This document shows, in pieces, positions 1-9,367 of a stretch of DNA of 64,000 nucleotides. Positions within the stretch are counted from its first letter, which is position 1, and each line of letters opens with the position of its first letter. The stretch comes from Thermoplasmata archaeon (GTDB lineage Archaea; Thermoplasmatota; Thermoplasmata; Lutacidiplasmatales; UBA184): NCBI GenBank assembly GCA_027315455.1, contig DAHUXZ010000009.1, positions 2,714-66,713 on the forward strand, given 5' to 3'. A model generated the notes under the pieces. That model had not been told where the DNA came from and ran no database searches. It saw only the letters and a list, made by a program, of their open reading frames with translations. The position numbers were made by a program, and so were the translations under genes.

Positions 1-312
1 GGCGAAGATGAAGACCGTCCCCGAGCTCGCTGAGGAAGTGACCGCTATCTGATCGATGCTAGGGGAGGGGAACCACGCGACGCTGAGCGCGGAACTGACG
101 CTCGCTGTATGGGTCACCGTGTTCGTGGAACCCGAGATGACCGAGACGGTTCCCGCACCGCTGTCGGTGACGTAAATGTAGTTGTGCGTCGGGTCGAACG
201 CGACCGCTTGAACGCACGATGCCCCACCCTGGGTTCCGACGGTGATCGTGGTCGTCACCGAGTTGCTCGCTGTGGAGACCACCGAGACCGTGTCAACAGA
301 CGGTGACCACAA
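1..312 (-). pseudogene. YVTN-type beta-propeller repeat fragment; runs off the window, no N-terminal signal peptide seen
   Basis: Manual minus-strand translation (not in ORF track): VDTVSVVSTASNSVTTTITVG...AVAFDPTHNYIYVTDSGAGTVSVISGSTNTV. Repeat-like sequence begins abruptly near 300. In-frame TTG at 312 and ATG at 411. Confidence 0.6.
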
Positions 313-409
313 CCGAACTTCGACGGATGACCGACGGCTGACGCCAAACTCCTCATCCTCTTCCGCCCGACACGATGGAGGACCCCGACGCCTACGGCGA
401 GCCCGTTCC

Positions 410-568
410 ATGGGCGGAGACGCGAACGGCTCAACCGAGGTCCATTGCCTTCGATGTGACTACCGGTGGACGCCTCCCGGAAGGACCCCGAAGGTGTGCC
501 CACGGTGTGAGTCCTACCGGTGGAGCGAGGAGATGCCGGCCCGTAATCGGCCCCGAGAACCGACATGA
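410..568 (+). CDS. Small double-CxxC zinc-finger protein (52 aa)
   Basis: ATG at 410 in ORF 242..568. CLRCDYRW...PKVCPRCESYRW pattern. Confidence 0.6.
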   Translation: MGGDANGSTEVHCLRCDYRWTPPGRTPKVCPRCESYRWSEEMPARNRPREPT

Positions 569-778
569 GCCGAAGCGGAACGGGGGCTCCAAGTTGGAGT
601 TCGGCGTCCAAAAGGACCCCGGGGGTCGAGAGCGTCTGCTAATGACACTTTTCGAAAGAAATCAACACCATGCCTCTCGGACCGGCGGCGTTCCGAGAGA
701 CGCGTTGTCCCCTCAGTGGCAGACAGCACACCTCGCCGAAACTGAGCAGTTGATTCCTTTCCACCTGGGTCATTAGGA

Positions 779-1153
779 TTGACACGGGGCGAACCGAGCC
801 CGACGGAGTGCGGGCTCGATGGGACCCCGCTCGTGGAAGGTCTCCGTCCGTGGCCCGAGGAGGGCGCCGGGCTCCACCCGGCCCGCAAGTGCCCCAAGTG
901 CGGGCTCATCTACCGAACCCGGGACGTGGCGAGGTGGCTCCTCGAGGACGTGGACCGCGGGAAGGGGAAGTGGGGCACCCCGGTCGGAGGACAAGGCCTT
1001 CTACCCCTACCCCCTCACCCACCCCTCGATCGGGAGAAACGGGGTTGGGCCTTGGGGAAAAGACTTGAACCAAGGTGGGACTCCATGCCCCGCTATCTCG
1101 TTCCTTGTGCTGCTCCCTCCGCCGGGGGACCCCATGGACCTGACCGTCGGTAG
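779..1153 (+). CDS. Hypothetical protein with CPKCG motif, possibly degraded
   Basis: ORF with C..D and CPKCG motifs. C-terminal half looks non-coding. Confidence 0.3.
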   Translation: MTRGEPSPTECGLDGTPLVEGLRPWPEEGAGLHPARKCPKCGLIYRTRDVARWLLEDVDRGKGKWGTPVGGQGLLPLPPHPPLDREKRGWALGKRLEPRWDSMPRYLVPCAAPSAGGPHGPDRR

Positions 1154-1165
1154 GCGGGGAGCACC

Positions 1166-1576
1166 GTGACGGGCGGGGCCGGCCGCAAGGCCCGCGGACC
1201 GGTGCCGCGCGAGCTCTCCTGCATGATCTCGCTCGACGGGCGGGACTACTGCATCGACCCGGTCGGGGGCCTCGCCGAGGCGCTGGGCAAGAAATGGACC
1301 CTGCCGCTGATCGGGGTCCTCGGCAACCGCGAGGTGAACCGGTTCGGGGACCTCCTCCGTTCCCTCGAGGGGATCGGCTCGAAGGCGCTCGCGGACCGGT
1401 TGAAGGACCTCCAGACGCTCGGCCTGGTCAGTCGCCACGTCTTCGCCGAGGTGCCCTCCCGGGTCGAGTACCGGCTCACCTCCCGAGGGGCGTCGTTCCG
1501 TCGTGCGCTGGTGCCCCTCCTCTCCTGGGCCGCGACCGACGCGACGCTGGCCCCGTCGAGCGCGTCCCGGCGGTAA
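1166..1576 (+). CDS. HxlR-family winged-helix transcriptional regulator
   Basis: KKWTLPLI...RFGDL..SLEGIGSKALADRLKDL...GLVSR....VPSRVEYRLT motif. Confidence 0.9.
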   Translation: MTGGAGRKARGPVPRELSCMISLDGRDYCIDPVGGLAEALGKKWTLPLIGVLGNREVNRFGDLLRSLEGIGSKALADRLKDLQTLGLVSRHVFAEVPSRVEYRLTSRGASFRRALVPLLSWAATDATLAPSSASRR

Positions 1577-1579
1577 GGC

Positions 1580-2137
1580 TCAGCCCTTCGTGCGCGGGGT
1601 CCGCTTGCGCGGCGTCCGGGGGCGCGGGGCGGGCGTCGGTTCGGGCTTCGGCTCGTCGACCGTCGCCGCGGCGGCCGGCGACGGGTTCGCCGGTCCATCG
1701 CTCGTCTCCTCGGTCGCGGTCGCCGCCGTCGGCTCGGGGTCCTCGGGCTCCGGCTCCGGCGGTGCGGGGGCGGGAGCCGGCACCGTCGGAAGGGAGTCCG
1801 GTTCGCCTGGGGGGGGCGCGACGACGGGAACGGTGGGGGCCGTCGGCGCGGTCGGTGGCGGCGCTGGGGCGAGGGGGGGAGCCGGCGCCTCGTTCTTCGC
1901 CGAGGCCTTCCCGGCGATGGGGATGAACTCGCCGGGTCGCCACGTGTGCGGTTGGTGGAGGACCGTGATATCCCGGAGGAACAGGTCGGCGTGGCCGCAC
2001 GACCGGCAGATCCGCGTACCGAGCGGGATCTCCCCCCGCGAGCGCAGCGAGAGGCCGCCGCTCCCCGTCAGGCCGGTCTTGAGGTCATTGGCCCAGACGA
2101 AGTCGGAACTTCCGCAGTTGCTGCACACCGGTGCCAC
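1580..2137 (-). CDS. Zinc-ribbon protein with Pro/Ala/Glu-rich, basic-ended tail
   Basis: CSNCGS and CRSCGHADLF pairs, followed by a low-complexity tail. Confidence 0.7.
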   Translation of the reverse strand: MAPVCSNCGSSDFVWANDLKTGLTGSGGLSLRSRGEIPLGTRICRSCGHADLFLRDITVLHQPHTWRPGEFIPIAGKASAKNEAPAPPLAPAPPPTAPTAPTVPVVAPPPGEPDSLPTVPAPAPAPPEPEPEDPEPTAATATEETSDGPANPSPAAAATVDEPKPEPTPAPRPRTPRKRTPRTKG

Positions 2138-2287
2138 AGTGCTTCCTCGCGATGGCCAGTAGGCCCTTAGGGTCCATTATAGTTTGTTCGAGGACCCGTG
2201 CGATCGGCCCCGGTTCGGCCCCGGCCCGATCGCGCCCTCGACGAAACGGCCATGTAGCGGTGGGCGCCTTGGGACCCGGGAACGAAG

Positions 2288-2746
2288 ATGTTCGAGCGGA
2301 TCGTGGTCGCGGTGGACGGCTCGCCGTATGCCGAGCAGGCCCTCACGCATGCCCTCGACCTCGCGCGGAAGTACGCGAGCGAGCTCACGGTGCTCTCGGT
2401 CGCCCCCCTCGTCCCGATCTACGTGGCGACGGCGGAGCCGTACGTCCCGACGGAACTGATCGAGAGCGAGGGCAAGTACTACCGCGGGGTCACCGATGCG
2501 GCCGTCGCCCGGGCCCAGAAGGAAGGGCTCTCCCGAGTCAGCGGCGTCTGCCTCGAGGGCGTCATCGTCGACGAGATCCTCGGGTTCATCGAGCGGCACC
2601 CCACGGACCTTCTCGTCATGGGCTCGCGGGGACTCTCGACGGCGAAGCGGCTGTTCCTCGGCAGCGTCTCCGAAGCGGTCCTGCACCACGTCGGGTGCCC
2701 GGTATTGATCGTCCGGGGCCTCCCGGCGTCTACGCCGAAGAGCTGA
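2288..2746 (+). CDS. Universal stress protein (UspA family)
   Basis: IVVAVDGS...DLLVMGSRG......LGSVSEAVLHHVGCPVLIVR. Confidence 0.95.
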   Translation: MFERIVVAVDGSPYAEQALTHALDLARKYASELTVLSVAPLVPIYVATAEPYVPTELIESEGKYYRGVTDAAVARAQKEGLSRVSGVCLEGVIVDEILGFIERHPTDLLVMGSRGLSTAKRLFLGSVSEAVLHHVGCPVLIVRGLPASTPKS

Positions 2747-3233
2747 TCAGGAGCCGGGTGGGCATCGGCAGCTTGTGGGCCGCCTTGCGGAGGGCCTCCT
2801 TGGCCGTCTCCGCATGGTCCGGCGTCGTGTAGATCGTCAAGAGCTCGCTCCCGATCTGGGCCCGGACCGCGTGCGAGACGGGCTTGCCGAACGCGCGGCG
2901 CATCCCGTCGGAGATACGGTCGGCGCCGGCCCCCGTCGCCATCTTGTGCTCGCGCAGGATCTGGTGGGGGTAGCGGCGGACCTTGAGCCGGAAGGCGTTG
3001 GGCGCGCCCTTCTCGAGCACGCGCACCGCGCTGACCCGGGCCGCCTCGAGCGCGATGTCGCGGACCTGGGCCGCCTCCTCGGCGCCCAGCGTGAACCGGA
3101 GCGGGAAGCTCTCCTTGAGGTTGCCGGTGTCGAACTGCGTGATGCGGCACGCCGGAATGCCGCCCATGTACTCCTGCCGGGTGTAGACCTGCCCCTCGAT
3201 CTTGCGGTACATCCGGGCGGGCTTACGGGTCAT
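2730..3233 (-). CDS. rpl10e: 50S ribosomal protein uL16 (L10e)
   Basis: RKPARMYR...YTRQEYMGG, LREHKMATGAGADRISDGMRRAFGKP. Confidence 0.97.
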   Translation of the reverse strand: MTRKPARMYRKIEGQVYTRQEYMGGIPACRITQFDTGNLKESFPLRFTLGAEEAAQVRDIALEAARVSAVRVLEKGAPNAFRLKVRRYPHQILREHKMATGAGADRISDGMRRAFGKPVSHAVRAQIGSELLTIYTTPDHAETAKEALRKAAHKLPMPTRLLISSSA

Positions 3234-4189
3234 GGGGAGCGGCCGAGCCGGGTTCGAGGTAAAAGCCTTTCCCTTGCGGTCTCCGCGACGACCCGAGCGC
3301 CCATCGGCGACGCCCCGAGCTCCACGGTCCGAACGCCGGCACGCGAGAGCCGGCGGAGGACGGCCCGGCGGGAGGCCGGCCCACGGGGAACCGCGAAGAA
3401 GCTGTGGCCGAACATCGCCTGAGCGGCCCGGGCGCCGTCGGACCGGAGCCCGCGGATCAGGCGGGCCAACGGGGCCGGGGCGAATCCCATCTCGTCGGTG
3501 AACCGCTCCGCCTCGGCGAGGAACGCCGCCGGGGTCGGCCGCGCCCCGAGACGGTCGAGGGCCCCCGCGCTCGCCGCGCGGACGCGGTCGAGGAAGACGG
3601 CGTCGGTCAGGAGGCGGGGCGACGGGATCGGTGGTCCCGTCACCCCGAGGAGGACCGGACGGGGGAACGGAAGGTGACGAATGCGGCCCCGGGGCGGGAT
3701 CCCGGGCCGCTCGCGGACCTCGAGCCCGCCGCCGAGGATGGCGGCGACGCCGCCGAGGCCCCCGCCCCCAAAGAGGTCGGCAAGGTGGGCGACCTCGATC
3801 GCCCGGGCGCGCGGGAGGTCCAGAAGGCGCGCGACGGCGAGCGCCGTGGCGAGCGCCCCCGCGGCGCTCGTCCCGAACCCCTGGCCGATCGGCACGTCGT
3901 GCAGGAGGTGGACGGTGAGCGCGAACGGCCGATCCCCGAGCAGACGGACCGCGGTCTCCTCGGAGATCGGCATCGGTCCCCGGGGGACAGCGCGGACAAC
4001 GACGGCGGGCCGGCGGGCCGGTGCGAGCGCGACGCGGGCGCGGACCCCCGCATCGAGGACGACCCCGGCGCCTATCGAGCCCCGGCCGCGCGGGTCGCGG
4101 CTGACGGCGGCGGGGGAGAAGACACCCGTCACGTGCGCCGGGGCGAACGCCTCCACGACGGCGCGCGAGAAGGCGCCCACCGCCGGCAT
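3230..4189 (-). CDS. Pantoate kinase (GHMP kinase family)
   Basis: AFAPAHVTGVF, GSIGAG, PIGQGFGTSAA GHMP motif, AHLADL..GGGLG, QAMFG. Start placed at ATG 4189, downstream of the TATA box at 4212. Confidence 0.85.
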   Translation of the reverse strand: MPAVGAFSRAVVEAFAPAHVTGVFSPAAVSRDPRGRGSIGAGVVLDAGVRARVALAPARRPAVVVRAVPRGPMPISEETAVRLLGDRPFALTVHLLHDVPIGQGFGTSAAGALATALAVARLLDLPRARAIEVAHLADLFGGGGLGGVAAILGGGLEVRERPGIPPRGRIRHLPFPRPVLLGVTGPPIPSPRLLTDAVFLDRVRAASAGALDRLGARPTPAAFLAEAERFTDEMGFAPAPLARLIRGLRSDGARAAQAMFGHSFFAVPRGPASRRAVLRRLSRAGVRTVELGASPMGARVVAETARERLLPRTRLGRSP

Positions 4190-4211
4190 CAGGTCGGCCG
4201 AACCGCGACTT

Positions 4212-4219
4212 CTTATAAG
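4212..4219. promoter_or_regulatory. Palindromic TATA box CTTATAAG between divergent pantoate kinase and pan
   Basis: AT-rich palindrome in GC-rich DNA, 23-30 nt upstream of the ATG at 4189. Confidence 0.6.
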
Positions 4220-4280
4220 GTGGGGCGCCTTACAACGCCGTGGACTCGCCCGGTTCACCTCCGAAAGGGAGCTTGTTCTC

Positions 4281-5486
4281 ATGAGCGAACCGGAAGCGCC
4301 ACCGGCCGGCCGAGACGCGTTCGAGCGGGTGAACTTCCTCGAGCTCAGGAACAACCAGCTCGCCGAGTCGATCAAGCGGGTCGAGAGCGAGCGCCACTAC
4401 ATGGAGGCCGAGATCCTCCGCCTTCAGCGCGAGGTCAAGCGGCTCAAGACCGAGCTCGACCGCCTGCGCTATCCCCCCCTCATCGTCGGAAGCGTCCGGG
4501 ACGTCCTCACCGACGGCCGGGTCGTCGTGAAGTCCTCGACGGGGCCGGACTTCGTCGTGAACGCCGCCGAGACCGTCGAGCACGACAAGATCACCGTCGG
4601 CTCGCGCGTCGCGCTCAACAAGCAGACCCTCGCCGTGATGGGCGTCCTGCCCGCGTCGCTCGACCCGCTCGTCGCCGCGAGCGAGATCGTCGACAAGCCG
4701 AACGTCACCTACGCGGAGATCGGCGGGCTGACCGAGCAGATCCGCGAGATCCGCGAGGCCGTCGAGTACCCCCTCCTGCGCTCGGAGCTCTACCGCAAGG
4801 TCGGCGTCGAACCGCCGAAGGGCGTCCTCCTCATCGGGTCGCCGGGGACCGGCAAGACGATGGTCGCGAAGGCCGTCGCGCACCACACCCACGCGACCTT
4901 CGTCCGCCTCGTCGGCAGCGAGCTCGTCCAGAAGTACATCGGTGAGGGCGCGCGGCTCGTCCGCGAGCTGTTCCAGCTCGCCCGCGAGAAGGCGCCGACG
5001 ATCATCTTCATCGACGAGGTCGACTCGATCGGGGCAAAGCGCCTCGAGGTGGCGACCAGCGGGGACCGCGAGGTCCAGCGCACCCTGATGCAGCTCCTCG
5101 CCGAGATGGACGGGTTCGAGCCGCTCTCGAACGTCAAGATCATCGCGGCGACCAACCGGCCGGACATCCTGGACGACGCGCTCCTGCGTCCCGGGCGCTT
5201 CGACCGGATCATCGAGGTCCCGGTCCCGACCTTCACGGGTCGGGCGGAGATCTTCAAGATCCACTCGAAGGGCATGGCGCTCAAGGAGGCGATCGACTTC
5301 GAGGCGCTCGCGGGCCGTTGCGAGGGCGCGACCGGCGCCGACATCAAGGCGATCTGCACCGAGGCCGGGATGTGGGCGATCCGCGAGGAGCGCGATCAGG
5401 TGACCAGCGCGGACTTCGACCGGGCGATCGAAAAGGTCGTCGGGGAGGAGGAGCTGCGCAAGGAATCGGTCACGATGTTCGCCTAG
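4281..5486 (+). CDS. pan: Proteasome-activating nucleotidase
   Basis: N-terminal coiled coil, PPLIVG OB domain, GSPGTGKT, IIFIDEVD, SGDREVQRTLMQLLAEMDGF, C-terminal MFA (HbYX-like). Confidence 0.97.
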   Translation: MSEPEAPPAGRDAFERVNFLELRNNQLAESIKRVESERHYMEAEILRLQREVKRLKTELDRLRYPPLIVGSVRDVLTDGRVVVKSSTGPDFVVNAAETVEHDKITVGSRVALNKQTLAVMGVLPASLDPLVAASEIVDKPNVTYAEIGGLTEQIREIREAVEYPLLRSELYRKVGVEPPKGVLLIGSPGTGKTMVAKAVAHHTHATFVRLVGSELVQKYIGEGARLVRELFQLAREKAPTIIFIDEVDSIGAKRLEVATSGDREVQRTLMQLLAEMDGFEPLSNVKIIAATNRPDILDDALLRPGRFDRIIEVPVPTFTGRAEIFKIHSKGMALKEAIDFEALAGRCEGATGADIKAICTEAGMWAIREERDQVTSADFDRAIEKVVGEEELRKESVTMFA

Positions 5487-5493
5487 GGCCGCC

Positions 5494-5730
5494 TCACGCG
5501 ACCCCGGCCGCGGAGAACATCTCGATCCGCCCGCACGCCGGGCACCACGCGAGCTCGACCAGCAGCGCGCCGTCAGAGATCCCCTCGCCCCCCGCCGTGC
5601 GTAGCCGCTGGCGGCCGAGCGGCGTGAGGGCGCCGTCGCAGCCGGCGCACCGACGGACGGCCCGGCGCGCGACGAGGTCACCGGGCTCGGGGACCCGTGG
5701 GGCGGGCGGCAGCGTCACGACCCACCGCAA
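5494..5730 (-). CDS. Small zinc-ribbon protein
   Basis: CAGCDG...WCPACGRIEMF. Confidence 0.65.
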   Translation of the reverse strand: MRWVVTLPPAPRVPEPGDLVARRAVRRCAGCDGALTPLGRQRLRTAGGEGISDGALLVELAWCPACGRIEMFSAAGVA

Positions 5731-5750
5731 CGGGGTCGTCCCTCAAAAGG

Positions 5751-6695
5751 TCAGACGGTCGCGGCAAGCGTGAGGCGCGCCGCGATGCGGGGGCCCCCCG
5801 GGGGCGTCAGGTCCGCGAGCAGCGCCGCGTCGCCGGGCTCGAAGACAACGGGACGGTCGGCCTCGAGCTCGAAGGCGTCCGCATCGAAGCGGCGGACCTC
5901 GACCGGTACGAACTGCAACCCGATGAGGGCGTGGAGGTGGGCCCCCGCCCGGAGCGAGCCGCGGAAGTAGCGGCAGAGCGCGCGGTCGCGGCCGACCAGC
6001 CGCTCGGAGACGGTGAGCGAGCCGGGCGGCGCGAGGACCTGGCCGCGGCCGAGCTCGTCGGCGTCGGCCCCCTTGAGGGCGACCCCGACGCGCGAGCCGG
6101 TCCCGGCCTCCCGGACCTCGATGTCGTGGACCTGGATCGACCGGGCCTCGACCTCCCTCTCGGTGGGGAAGAGGCGCAGCCGGTCGTGCGCGCGCAGGGT
6201 GCCCCGGCGCACGACGCCGAGGGCGACGGCGCCGACGCCCTTCACGGGAAAGGCGTGGTCGATCGGGACGCGGACCGGCCCGTCGCGTGGCGGGGCCGTC
6301 CACCCCTCGACCTCGGCCCGCAGGGACAGAAGGTCGAGCGGGGCCATCGCCAGCGTCTCGAGGCGGGTCCCCCGGAACGCCCGGCGAACCTCCTCCTCCC
6401 CGACCCCGGGCCCGAGGCGGATCGTCGTCGGGACCGCCACGAGGTCGAGGACCGCGGCCATCTCGGCGACCTCGCGCGAGAGCCCCGGCACGACCAGGAG
6501 GACGTGGTCGGCCATGGCGATGGCGTAGAGGAGCGGGGGGAGCTTCTCGGGGAACTGGGTCGGCTCGACCAGCGTGAGGGCGTGGTCGTCCCGCACGGCG
6601 TTGTAGAGGGTGAGGTCGCTCGAGGTCCCCTTCTTCGCGAGCTCCTTCGCGAGGTCGGCGGCCCCCAGGACCGCCACGGTCACCGCTCCGCCCAT
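5751..6695 (-). CDS. SelB-like/EF-Tu domain II-III protein with degenerate G domain
   Basis: KKGTSSDLTLYN, IDHAFPVKGVGAVALG, RSIQVHD, GSRVGVALKG..ADELGRG. No GxxxxGK[ST] P-loop. Confidence 0.85.
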   Translation of the reverse strand: MGGAVTVAVLGAADLAKELAKKGTSSDLTLYNAVRDDHALTLVEPTQFPEKLPPLLYAIAMADHVLLVVPGLSREVAEMAAVLDLVAVPTTIRLGPGVGEEEVRRAFRGTRLETLAMAPLDLLSLRAEVEGWTAPPRDGPVRVPIDHAFPVKGVGAVALGVVRRGTLRAHDRLRLFPTEREVEARSIQVHDIEVREAGTGSRVGVALKGADADELGRGQVLAPPGSLTVSERLVGRDRALCRYFRGSLRAGAHLHALIGLQFVPVEVRRFDADAFELEADRPVVFEPGDAALLADLTPPGGPRIAARLTLAATV

Positions 6696-6702
6696 CCCTT
6701 CC

Positions 6703-9315
6703 TCACCGGGCCGTTACCATCGGCGCCTCGGGCGTGACGGCGAGCTCGATGTGATCGCCCCGGACCTCGACGCGGACCGACGCGCCGTCGCGCACCTCCC
6801 CGGCGAGGATGCGGACGGTCAGCGGGTCGACGACGAGGCGCTGGACGGTCCGCCGAAGGGGCCGCGCCCCGAACTGCGGGTCGAACCCTTCCTCGGCGAG
6901 GCGCTCGCGCGCCTCCGGCGTGATCGTCACCTGGATGCGGCGGTCGCGCAGGCGCCCCTGGACCTGGCGGATCTGGAGATCGACGATCTGCTCGATCTCG
7001 GCCTTCCCGAGGGTGTGGAAGACGACGATGTCGTCGAGCCGGTTGAGGAACTCCGGTCGGAAGTACGAGCGCAGCGCCCCGTCGATCACCGAGCGGCGCT
7101 CCTCGTCGGTCTTCGCCGACGCGAGGAGGTCGGTACCGAGGTTGCTGGTCATGATCACGAGGGTGTTGCGGAAGTCGACGGTCCGGCCCTGGCCGTCGGT
7201 AAGGCGGCCTTCGTCGAGAAGCTGGAGGAGGACGTTGACGACGTCCGGGTGCGACTTCTCCACCTCATCGAAAAGGATGACGGTGTACGGATGGGTCCGG
7301 ACCGCCTCGGTGAGCTGGCCCCCCTCCTCGTACCCGACGTAGCCCGGCGGCGCCCCGATGAGGCGCGCGACGGTGTGCTTTTCCATGTACTCGCTCATGT
7401 CGAGGCGCACGAGCGCCTTCTCGCTGTGGAAGAGGAAGCCCGCGAGCGCCTTCGCGAGCTCGGTCTTCCCGACGCCCGTCGGGCCGACGAAGAGGAACGC
7501 GCCCATCGGCCGGTTCGGGTCGGCGAGACCGCTGCGCGAGCGGCGGACGGCGCGGGCCACGGCCTCGACGGCCTCGTCCTGCCCGATGACCCGCTCCTTG
7601 AGCTCGTCCTCCATCCGGAGCAGGCGCTGGGTCTCGCCCTCGAGCATGCGGCTGACGGGGACGCCGCTCCACTTCCCGATCACCTCGGCGATGTCGTCCT
7701 CGCCGACCTCCTCGCGCAGGAGGGTCCCCTCGGGGCTCTCGGCGGCGAGGGATTGGGTCTTCTCGGCGATCTGCTTCTGCAGCTCGGGGATCGCCCCGTA
7801 GCGGAGCCGCGCCGCCCCCTCGAGGTCGCCGGAGCGCTCGGCCTCCTCTTCCTGGCCCTTCGTCTGCTCGAGCCGCTTCCGCAGCTCGCGCACCTCCTCG
7901 ATGCGGTCCTTCTCCCGCTTCCATCGGGCGAGGAGCGCCCCCTCGCGCTCCTTGAGGTTGGCCACCTCCTTGTCCAGCTTGCGGAGGCGGTCGGCCGAGG
8001 CGGGGTCGGTCTCGCGCTTGAGCGCCGCGCGCTCGATCTCGAGCTGGCGGAGCCGGCGCGAGAGCTGGTCGAGCTCGGGCGGGCGGGAGTCGAGGGCGAG
8101 GCGGACCATCGAGGCCGCCTCGTCGACGGCGTCGATCGCCTTGTCCGGAAGGTGGCGGTCGGTGATGTAGCGGGACGAAAGGGTCGCGGCGGCCACGAGC
8201 GCCGCATCGTGGATGCGGACCCCATGGTGGATCTCGTAGCGCTCGCGGAGGCCGCGCAGGATCGAGATCGTGTCCTCGACGGACGGCTCGGTCACGTAGA
8301 CGGGCTGGAACCGCCGCTCGAGCGCGGCGTCCTTCTCGATGTACTTGCGGTACTCCTGGATCGTCGTCGCCCCGATCGCATGGAGGCTGCCGCGGGCGAG
8401 CGCCGGCTTGAGCAGGTTCGAGGCGTCCATCGCGCCGCCTTCGGTCGACCCGGCGTGGACAAGGGTGTGGAGCTCGTCGATGAACAGGACGATGCCGCCC
8501 TCCGACCGTTCGATCTCCTTGAGGACGGCCTTGATCCGCTCCTCGAACTCGCCGCGGAACTTCGCGCCGGCGAGCAGCGCCCCGAGGTCGAGGGCGAAGA
8601 CCTTCCGGTTGCGGAGCGAGTCCGGCACGTCCCCGGCGGTGATGCGGAGCGCGAGGCCCTCGGCGATCGCGGTCTTCCCGACGCCCGGGTCCCCGACGAG
8701 CACCGGGTTGTTCTTCGTGCGGCGGGAGAGGATCTGGATCACGCGCCGGATCTCGTCGTCCCGGCCGATCACCGGGTCGAGCTTGCGCTCCCGGGCGAGC
8801 GCCGTGAGGTCCCGGGCGTAGCGCTCGAGCGCGCGGTACTCCTGCTCCTCCTGGCGGCTCTCGACCCGGCGGCCCGCGCCCCGGACCGACTCGAGCGCGG
8901 CCTCGACGGCGGCCCGACGGACGTCGACCTCCTCGAGGAGCTCCTTGGCCTTCGACTTCGCGCTCAGGAGCCCGAGGAAGAGCTCCTCGACGCTCGTGTA
9001 GCGGTCCTTTCGCTTCTGCGCCTCGGCCTCGGCGGACTCGATGACGGCCGCCAGCGGGCGGGAGACGTACTGGTCCGTCGGGGCGACGTGGTCGGCCGTC
9101 GGCAGGCGGGCGAGGTGCTCCTCGAGGAGCCCTTCGAGCTTGGGGAGGGGGACCGAGAGGGCCTTGAGGACCTGGACCGTCGGGCCGTCGGGGTCCGAGA
9201 GAAGGGCCGCGAGCAGGTGCTCCGGCTCGACGGAGGCGTGGCGGAGCTCGGCCGCACGGGAGAACCCCTTCTCGAGCGCCGTGCGGGCCGCATCGGTCAG
9301 TCGGTCCAGCCGCAT
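6703..9315 (-). CDS. clpB: Chaperone ClpB (Hsp100)
   Basis: Clp N domain, [21 protein letters not shown], coiled-coil middle domain, [22 protein letters not shown]. Start taken at MRLDRLT (9315); 9327 is an alternative. Confidence 0.95.
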   Translation of the reverse strand: MRLDRLTDAARTALEKGFSRAAELRHASVEPEHLLAALLSDPDGPTVQVLKALSVPLPKLEGLLEEHLARLPTADHVAPTDQYVSRPLAAVIESAEAEAQKRKDRYTSVEELFLGLLSAKSKAKELLEEVDVRRAAVEAALESVRGAGRRVESRQEEQEYRALERYARDLTALARERKLDPVIGRDDEIRRVIQILSRRTKNNPVLVGDPGVGKTAIAEGLALRITAGDVPDSLRNRKVFALDLGALLAGAKFRGEFEERIKAVLKEIERSEGGIVLFIDELHTLVHAGSTEGGAMDASNLLKPALARGSLHAIGATTIQEYRKYIEKDAALERRFQPVYVTEPSVEDTISILRGLRERYEIHHGVRIHDAALVAAATLSSRYITDRHLPDKAIDAVDEAASMVRLALDSRPPELDQLSRRLRQLEIERAALKRETDPASADRLRKLDKEVANLKEREGALLARWKREKDRIEEVRELRKRLEQTKGQEEEAERSGDLEGAARLRYGAIPELQKQIAEKTQSLAAESPEGTLLREEVGEDDIAEVIGKWSGVPVSRMLEGETQRLLRMEDELKERVIGQDEAVEAVARAVRRSRSGLADPNRPMGAFLFVGPTGVGKTELAKALAGFLFHSEKALVRLDMSEYMEKHTVARLIGAPPGYVGYEEGGQLTEAVRTHPYTVILFDEVEKSHPDVVNVLLQLLDEGRLTDGQGRTVDFRNTLVIMTSNLGTDLLASAKTDEERRSVIDGALRSYFRPEFLNRLDDIVVFHTLGKAEIEQIVDLQIRQVQGRLRDRRIQVTITPEARERLAEEGFDPQFGARPLRRTVQRLVVDPLTVRILAGEVRDGASVRVEVRGDHIELAVTPEAPMVTAR

Positions 9316-9337
9316 CGGGGTTTTCATCGTCTATACC

Positions 9338-9345
9338 GATATAAG
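9338..9345. promoter_or_regulatory. Shared TATA element (GATATAAG) between divergent clpB and pyrD
   Basis: Single AT-rich box lying 23-30 nt from both start codons (9315 and 9368). Confidence 0.55.
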
Positions 9346-9367
9346 CGGATGCCCTGTGCGCGGACCG

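Noticed and set aside
2-52. Plus-strand ORF end (AKMKTVPELAEEVTAI*) at the window start
   Set aside because: It overlaps the minus-strand frame with clear YVTN repeat similarity and is too short to support.
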